Below, one piece after another: positions 1-5,039 of a stretch of 10,873 bases of DNA. The stretch is from assembly GCA_964450845.1 (NCBI GenBank), contig CAYVGZ010000051.1:1-10873 (forward strand). Reading direction: 5' to 3'. This DNA comes from an uncultured Candidatus Bathyarchaeia archaeon. Lineage in GTDB: Archaea; Thermoproteota; Bathyarchaeia; Bathyarchaeales; Bathycorpusculaceae. The position numbers were made by a program, and so were the translations under genes. Every line of letters starts with the position of its first letter. The first letter of the stretch is position 1. The notes beneath the pieces are model-generated. The model did not search any database and was not told the origin of the DNA. It was given only the letters and a program-made list of their open reading frames with translations.

Positions 1-2
1 TA

Positions 3-1124
3 TGCATCATAGGCATTGCCCTCGCAACAACTTTTGTTATAGCAGTAGGTGCCACCACAATGCGATACACAAGCGTAATCAAAGAAATGAACGTGCTCTT
101 CAGCGGACAAGTCATGGTTGTCAGCAAAGACACTATAGTAATCCAAGCGATTCCAATAACCCGCGGCGCCTTCCCACAAAGCTTAGCTGAGGAAATAAAA
201 GGAAATATTAAGGAAGCAGAAAAGGCTGTTCCAGTATTATTCATAACTTCTATAAATTTTGAAGGAATAATTCAGCCTGTTCCGCCGAATTTCACCATCG
301 GAATACCCGTTGAAGATTGGGGGTTAATACTTGGATTAACCCCATTAAAAGGGAATGTGGGGCATTATCCAACAAACGAATCAAGCAATGAAGTCCTTGT
401 GGGAGCATCGCTGGCAGACCAATATAATTGGACTGTAAATAAAGAAATAACAGTGAACGGGCATAAGCTAAATGTTACTGGCATATTAGACACGAAATTG
501 GCCATATTCAATCGCAGCATAATCATGCCGCTTAAACTAGCACAGAGAATCTACACCTATCCAGAAAGTGCCAACATAATCACGGTAAAACCCATTGAAG
601 GATATTCGCAAAAAGATTTAGCAGATACCATAGAGCAACAGGTATCGTATGTTCAAGCTTTAACGGAAACTGAAAGAAACGATATGATTCAGCCTATTCT
701 AGTTCAAGTTGAGACATGGAACATTGGCATACAAACAGTGATTTTCCTCATGAGCCTAATACTTGTGATGACCGTAACCATTATGAGCGTTTCAGAAAGG
801 CGTAGGGACTTCGCAACCCTAGACGCCATGGGTGCACCATTAAGCTACGTATTCCGCGTTGTCATATTCGAAACGTCATTAATTGGAGTCTTAGGCGGCG
901 TCTTAGGCATAGTCTTCGGCTCTTTAGCGGCTTTCATTTTGGCAAGCCTTTACACAAACATTCCACTTGCCATGTTTTTCCCAACCTTCTACGAAATAAT
1001 TCCACCCTTCTACATGCTTGAAACATTCTTAGCAGTTGTTTTTGTTTGCTGTTTAGGCGGAATAATTCCAGCCATAAACGCGACTAGAATGCGCATAGCT
1101 GAAGTTTTGAGGGCTGAATATTAA
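3..1124 (+). CDS. ABC transporter permease, MacB/FtsX family (5'-truncated by the window edge)
   Basis: The frame is open from nt 3 (CIIGIALATTFVIAVGATT, a hydrophobic first TM segment) before the Met at 60, so the real start is upstream of the window. There is a large extracytoplasmic region, then the FtsX-like C-terminal TM block with SVSERRRDFATLDAMGA. The stop overlaps the next start (TAATG at 1122-1126). Confidence 0.88.
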   Translation, partial: CIIGIALATTFVIAVGATTMRYTSVIKEMNVLFSGQVMVVSKDTIVIQAIPITRGAFPQSLAEEIKGNIKEAEKAVPVLFITSINFEGIIQPVPPNFTIGIPVEDWGLILGLTPLKGNVGHYPTNESSNEVLVGASLADQYNWTVNKEITVNGHKLNVTGILDTKLAIFNRSIIMPLKLAQRIYTYPESANIITVKPIEGYSQKDLADTIEQQVSYVQALTETERNDMIQPILVQVETWNIGIQTVIFLMSLILVMTVTIMSVSERRRDFATLDAMGAPLSYVFRVVIFETSLIGVLGGVLGIVFGSLAAFILASLYTNIPLAMFFPTFYEIIPPFYMLETFLAVVFVCCLGGIIPAINATRMRIAEVLRAEY

Positions 1125-1798
1125 TGCATATTAAGACGGTAGATTTGACAAAAACATACACCATAGGATCATCGACGATAGCTGCTGTTGACAAAGTCAA
1201 TTTTGAAGTTAACGAAGCAAGATTCATAGCCATAGTTGGACCTTCAGGCTCAGGAAAATCGACGCTGCTGAACCTCATTGGGCTAAATGATTATCCGACC
1301 TCGGGCAAAATTTTTGCTGATGATGCAGATACTTCACTTCTGTCAAGCAGTCAACGTAGAAAAATCCGGCTTTTCCGCATGGGGTTTGTCTTCCAAACTT
1401 TCAATTTGTTGCCGACGCTTACGGCTTTGGAAAATGTAGAATTGCCCATGTCCTTAGCTAATAAGCCTCAAAAAGAGCAAAGAGAAAAAGCATTAAGGCT
1501 TCTTGAAACTGTTGGTTTAGGCAAAAGAGTTTTCCACAGACCTAAAGAGTTGAGCATGGGTGAAATGCAGCGCGTAGCCATAGCAAGGGCGCTTGCCAAC
1601 GATCCTGAAATAATAATTGCTGATGAACCCACTGGCGAGCTTGATTCAAAAACTGCAAAAGAAATAATCGCGTTGCTTTTTGATATACACAGAAAAGAAA
1701 AGACAGCGGTTATTGTGGCGACACATGATGAAAAAATAGTTGAAGTGGCAGATACTATTTACACGATTCAAGATGGCAGACTAAGGCTTGAAGGTTAA
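1124..1798 (+). CDS. ABC transporter ATP-binding protein, LolD/MacB-ATPase family
   Basis: Walker A GPSGSGKST, Q-loop GFVFQTFNL, signature-like LSMGEMQRVAIARAL, Walker B/D-loop IIIADEPTG, H-loop ATHD. Translationally coupled to the permease. Confidence 0.93.
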   Translation: MHIKTVDLTKTYTIGSSTIAAVDKVNFEVNEARFIAIVGPSGSGKSTLLNLIGLNDYPTSGKIFADDADTSLLSSSQRRKIRLFRMGFVFQTFNLLPTLTALENVELPMSLANKPQKEQREKALRLLETVGLGKRVFHRPKELSMGEMQRVAIARALANDPEIIIADEPTGELDSKTAKEIIALLFDIHRKEKTAVIVATHDEKIVEVADTIYTIQDGRLRLEG

Positions 1799-1808
1799 CG
1801 CTAATCTC

Positions 1809-2036
1809 CTATAGCAACGAAAAGTCCGTATATGTAATTCTCCCTTTGCCGTCTACAACAACCTCGAATTTTTCGGCCCATGGATGTCCTTCCAAGTCTA
1901 TGGGACATGTGCCCCTGATGATCCAAACCCCATTCTTTTGCTCAACTGTGGAAATGTCAATTTTCTCGGTGTTCTTCCTTTTCTTAAGATAATCAACAGC
2001 AATTTTCTGAACGGCATCCGTCGAAATATTCTGCAT
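1809..2036 (-). CDS. Small conserved-looking hypothetical protein (~75 aa), possibly PepSY-like alpha/beta fold
   Basis: The ORF track starts at TTG 2054, but ATG at 2036 has a GGAGG Shine-Dalgarno (2045-2049, minus strand) 8 nt upstream. The gene converges on the ABC ATPase with a 10-nt gap. The fold call comes only from the helix + beta-hairpin pattern (AVQKIAVDYL ... VWIIRG ... FEVVVDGKG). Confidence 0.7.
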   Translation of the reverse strand: MQNISTDAVQKIAVDYLKKRKNTEKIDISTVEQKNGVWIIRGTCPIDLEGHPWAEKFEVVVDGKGRITYTDFSLL

Positions 2037-2218
2037 TGTATGTTCCTCCAACAATTGCCTTACTATCTAGATAAAGACGGCATTAAGGGTTATGAACGGA
2101 AAATCGTTAGCGAAATTAAACATATGCCGAATTGTGTACGCGTGCTTTTTTGCGATAGGTTCAAATCGGCAGACATATCAGTTTTTACCTTGAAATAGCG
2201 TGTTAGAAAAGGAAGATC

Positions 2219-2377
2219 ATGAGTGAGAAAAAACGCATAATATTCCACGTGGACATGGACCATTTCTTCACTGCTGTTGAGGAAAGGGAACATCCCGAAT
2301 ATAAGGGCAAACCAGTAATTGTCGGGGCAGACCCGAAAGAAGGAAAGGGCAGAGGAGTCGTAAGCACATACATGTGA
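2219..2377 (+). pseudogene. dinB: Truncated dinB 5' fragment (52 aa: [52 protein letters not shown])
   Basis: Hand-translated and absent from the ORF track. Carries the Y-family HVDMDxFF motif. Homology to the downstream dinB ends after codon 50 (ACA, nt 2368), and TGA follows at 2375-2377. A purine-rich AAGGAAG lies just upstream of the ATG. Confidence 0.93.
2237..2368 (+). repeat. Diverged 132-bp direct repeat, copy 1 (copy 2 at 3373-3504)
   Basis: Ungapped hand alignment of 44 codons: 97/132 nt identical, 35/44 aa identical, and 19 of the 35 conserved residues use a different synonymous codon. Confidence 0.92.
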
Positions 2378-2378
2378 T

Positions 2379-2386
2379 TTTAAATA
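2379..2386 (+). promoter_or_regulatory. Archaeal TATA box (TTTAAATA) for a probably leaderless homing endonuclease transcript
   Basis: Matches the archaeal TATA consensus and ends 24 nt before ATG 2411. No Shine-Dalgarno before that ATG. Confidence 0.55.
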
Positions 2387-2410
2387 ACTAGGAAATTAAT
2401 AATAAGACTT

Positions 2411-3388
2411 ATGAAATGGACGAATAATGAAATAGAAATGCTAAAAGAACATTACTCCAAAACTGCCAAGCGTGATTTGGTTGAAATATTTAGAAGAATA
2501 GGTAGAAACAGAACATGGTTATCTATTTTTAAGAAAGCCAATAAATTAGGTTTAAAGAAAATTACACATAAAGAAGCGATTGATAAAATTCTCAGAGAAA
2601 AGTATAGTAATACTGCTCTTGAAGTTTTAATAAAAGAGGTTCAAAAGTATCTACCATATATAACAAAAAAAGCTCTTATAAGGAGAGCCAATCGTTTGGG
2701 GCTTAACAGAAGAAAATACGCTGCAAAAGTGCAACAAAAGAAAATAAAAATTCCTCAACCATCAAAGGAATTAGCTTGGTTTCTTGGCGTATTAGCAGGT
2801 GATGGATACGTTAGTTCTCTTAGAGATAAGTCCAAGACTTACAAGGCATCGCTAACGGTTGTATCTGAAGAGTTTGTGAATCAATTTTCGAAAATTGGAA
2901 AAGTACTATTTGGAATACAACCCCGCCTAAGAAAGTATAATAAATATAAACTAAAGGGAATTTGGAGAAAATATTACGAATGTACTTTTATCAGTAAGGC
3001 AATGGTTAATTTTCTGGGAGACTGGAGAGAAAATGCTTGGTTCGAAACTCTTACCAATAGATTCAATTGGATCTGGGATGATAAAAGTAACATTTCCGCC
3101 TTCTTAGGCGGATTTTTCGATTCGGATGGATCAATAATTTACAACAAAGAAAAGTACGTGAGAAGGGTTAGTTTTGCAATTTTAAACAAAAATGCTCAGA
3201 CCACCATTAAAAAGATGTTAGAAGAGTTAGGAATAAAATGCCATGTCTACTGGAAAGGTATTCAGATTGATGGTAAAGAAAACGTGAAAAAATTTGCTAT
3301 GCACATTGAAAGCCGCATCTCAGGAAAGAAGAGGTTACTAAACTTAGTAAGGCTGGAATCATGGAAAACAAAATCATCATGCATGTAG
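2411..3388 (+). CDS. Free-standing two-motif LAGLIDADG homing endonuclease with two N-terminal HTH/Myb-like repeats
   Basis: LAGLIDADG helix 1 is LAWFLGVLAGDG (aa 121-132) and helix 2 is SAFLGGFFDSDG (aa 229-240), with both catalytic acidic positions intact. There is no intein N-terminal Cys/Ser block and no terminal His-Asn. Confidence 0.9.
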   Translation: MKWTNNEIEMLKEHYSKTAKRDLVEIFRRIGRNRTWLSIFKKANKLGLKKITHKEAIDKILREKYSNTALEVLIKEVQKYLPYITKKALIRRANRLGLNRRKYAAKVQQKKIKIPQPSKELAWFLGVLAGDGYVSSLRDKSKTYKASLTVVSEEFVNQFSKIGKVLFGIQPRLRKYNKYKLKGIWRKYYECTFISKAMVNFLGDWRENAWFETLTNRFNWIWDDKSNISAFLGGFFDSDGSIIYNKEKYVRRVSFAILNKNAQTTIKKMLEELGIKCHVYWKGIQIDGKENVKKFAMHIESRISGKKRLLNLVRLESWKTKSSCM

Positions 3389-4428
3389 ATATGGACGCCT
3401 TCTTTGCCGCGGTGGAGGAAAGGGAACATCCTGAGTTTAAGGGAATGCCGATAGTTGTTGGGGCTGATCCTAAAGAAGGAAGAGGCAGGGGAGTAGTTAG
3501 CAGCGCTTCTTATGAGGCTAGAAGGCTCGGTGTTAGGTCTGGCATGCCCATCTCAAAGGCTTGGAAACTCTGTTCAGAAGCCATTTACTTGCCAGTTAAC
3601 TACGAACTTTATGAAAAAGTTTCCAACGAAATCATGGAAATACTGCGAAAACATGCAGACAAATTTGAGCAATGGGGCATAGATGAGGCTTTCTTAGACG
3701 TAACTTCAAAAGTGAAGAATTATTTGGAAGCCGAAGCCCTAGGACGACAGGTAAAAAGAGAAATTTACGAGAAGGAAAAGCTCACATGTTCTATAGGCAT
3801 AGGTCCAAACAAGCTTATCGCCAAAATAGCCAGTGACTTCCAAAAACCAGACGGTTTAACAACGGTTAAAGAAGGCGAAACGGAAAAGTTTCTTGCTCCG
3901 CTGCCAGTGCGTAGGCTTCTCTGGGTTGGACGGAAGACTGAACAGAAATTGAAGGTTATGGGAATTGCGACCATAGGCGATTTGGCTCGCCACGACCCTG
4001 CGGTGCTGGCAGAAACCTTCGGTGTTATGGGCACGCAGATTTATTTGATGGCGCATGGAATCGACAGAAGCGAGGTTGAAGAAAGAGGTGAAATCAAGTC
4101 CATCAGCCGCGAAACAACATTTGAAGAAGACACATCAAATATTGATTTAATCCTTAATACCTTGGATAGGCTTTCAGAAGAAGCGCATAAGGATGTTTCG
4201 AGGCAAAACCTTTACTTCAAAACAGTTACCGTTAAAGTGCGCTACGAAAATTTTGAAACGCACACTCACAGCAAAACATTACCATTAATCACAAATCGTT
4301 TGCAAGACATAAAGAAAGCAGACAGGGAACTGTTGCAAGTCTACCTTAGACCAGACAGAAAAATAAGGCTTATAGGCGTCAGACTTTCAAACTTTGTATC
4401 AGCAGAAAAACAAAAAACATTAACTTAA
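3361..4428 (+). CDS. dinB: DNA polymerase IV (Y-family, DinB/Dpo4-like)
   Basis: Motifs HVDMDAFF, SYEAR, GIDEAFLD, the HhH thumb (LLWVGRKT) and the little-finger domain (KSISRETTFEED ... IRLIGVRL). C-terminal QKTL may be a clamp-binding motif. The first 28 nt overlap the endonuclease ORF. Confidence 0.96.
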   Translation: MENKIIMHVDMDAFFAAVEEREHPEFKGMPIVVGADPKEGRGRGVVSSASYEARRLGVRSGMPISKAWKLCSEAIYLPVNYELYEKVSNEIMEILRKHADKFEQWGIDEAFLDVTSKVKNYLEAEALGRQVKREIYEKEKLTCSIGIGPNKLIAKIASDFQKPDGLTTVKEGETEKFLAPLPVRRLLWVGRKTEQKLKVMGIATIGDLARHDPAVLAETFGVMGTQIYLMAHGIDRSEVEERGEIKSISRETTFEEDTSNIDLILNTLDRLSEEAHKDVSRQNLYFKTVTVKVRYENFETHTHSKTLPLITNRLQDIKKADRELLQVYLRPDRKIRLIGVRLSNFVSAEKQKTLT

Positions 4429-4438
4429 GAGGTTTGTG

Positions 4439-4738
4439 TCATTTCGTTTTTATGTTTGGGTACTTTTCTCTTATTTTTGCATCTGCGATTTTGGCAATCA
4501 TCGCATTGGAGATTAACACGCACTTGACTCCTGTGAGTTCTGCAAGCTCTGCTGGTTTCTGATCTTGCGTAACAAGCAACAAGTTGTTATTCTTAGCGTA
4601 CTCTACGATGTCCTTGTCTTTTGCTCCTTTCAATCCCGCATCTTGAACGGTTAACACTTCCCATCCTAAAGTTTCAAAATACTCTTTTAAACCCGCATAC
4701 ATCTCATCAAGCAAAATCTTCAACAGTGTAAACCCCAT
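4439..4738 (-). CDS. PIN-like domain protein (DUF5615 / Mut7-C N-terminal type), putative RNase
   Basis: The pattern ILLDEM...LGWEV..V.DAGL.GA.D..I...A....LLLVTQD is typical of DUF5615/Mut7-C PIN folds. It has no C-terminal zinc ribbon. Confidence 0.78.
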   Translation of the reverse strand: MGFTLLKILLDEMYAGLKEYFETLGWEVLTVQDAGLKGAKDKDIVEYAKNNNLLLVTQDQKPAELAELTGVKCVLISNAMIAKIADAKIREKYPNIKTK

Positions 4739-4987
4739 TTAAATCTAAAATCATCGACATGCACCTATTTAGGCTATTCCACCAAAAACTCCAATACAAA
4801 ACTGACATGCTCGGAAATATTTAAGACTATATGCAGAAACCTAGAAGTGGAATAGCTAGCGAAAAAGCTCCGGCACAAAACTGCAGCCTTGTTATTCCAG
4901 TTTTTGCACTAGCCATGTATGAGTGCTTTAAATAATGCGATTTTCATTAATTTAAATGACAGCTTATCATAGGACCAACAACAATTG

Positions 4988-4995
4988 TTTAATAC
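4988..4995 (+). promoter_or_regulatory. Possible TATA box (TTTAATAC) for the radical SAM gene
   Basis: AT-rich TATA-like octamer 44 nt before ATG 5040, with a purine-rich AAGGGAAG before the start. Confidence 0.3.
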
Positions 4996-5039
4996 GTCTG
5001 CAAAGAAATCTTTCGGTAGCATATTAAAGGGAAGCAAAG

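Larger units (their letters stand above)
2369..3510 (+). mobile_element. Putative gene-repairing homing element: promoter + LAGLIDADG endonuclease + replacement dinB 5' end (right boundary approximate)
   Basis: The left junction is where dinB homology stops (2368/2369). The core is AT-rich (87/300 G+C over 2401-2700, versus 60/120 over 3421-3540). The endonuclease stop codon lies inside the new dinB start. The right boundary cannot be fixed without an uninterrupted allele. Confidence 0.72.

Noticed and set aside
2219-3388. Intein in dinB (fragment and endonuclease are in the same frame, and the break is next to Ser/Thr codons)
   Set aside because: Two in-frame stops (2375, 2381) separate them. 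There are no Hint-domain motifs, no N-terminal Cys/Ser block and no terminal His-Asn, and the downstream dinB is complete on its own.
2237-3504. Simple recent tandem duplication, or an IS target-site duplication
   Set aside because: The copies are only ~73% identical with mostly synonymous differences. There is no transposase and no short exact flanking direct repeat.
2358-3515. Archaeal BHB intron whose splicing would rejoin the fragment to dinB at the homologous position (AAGC 2362-2365 can pair with GCTT 3505-3508)
   Set aside because: The inner helix does not form, and ligation at the canonical cut sites (2367^3511) is out of frame. Splicing is also unnecessary because the second copy has its own start.
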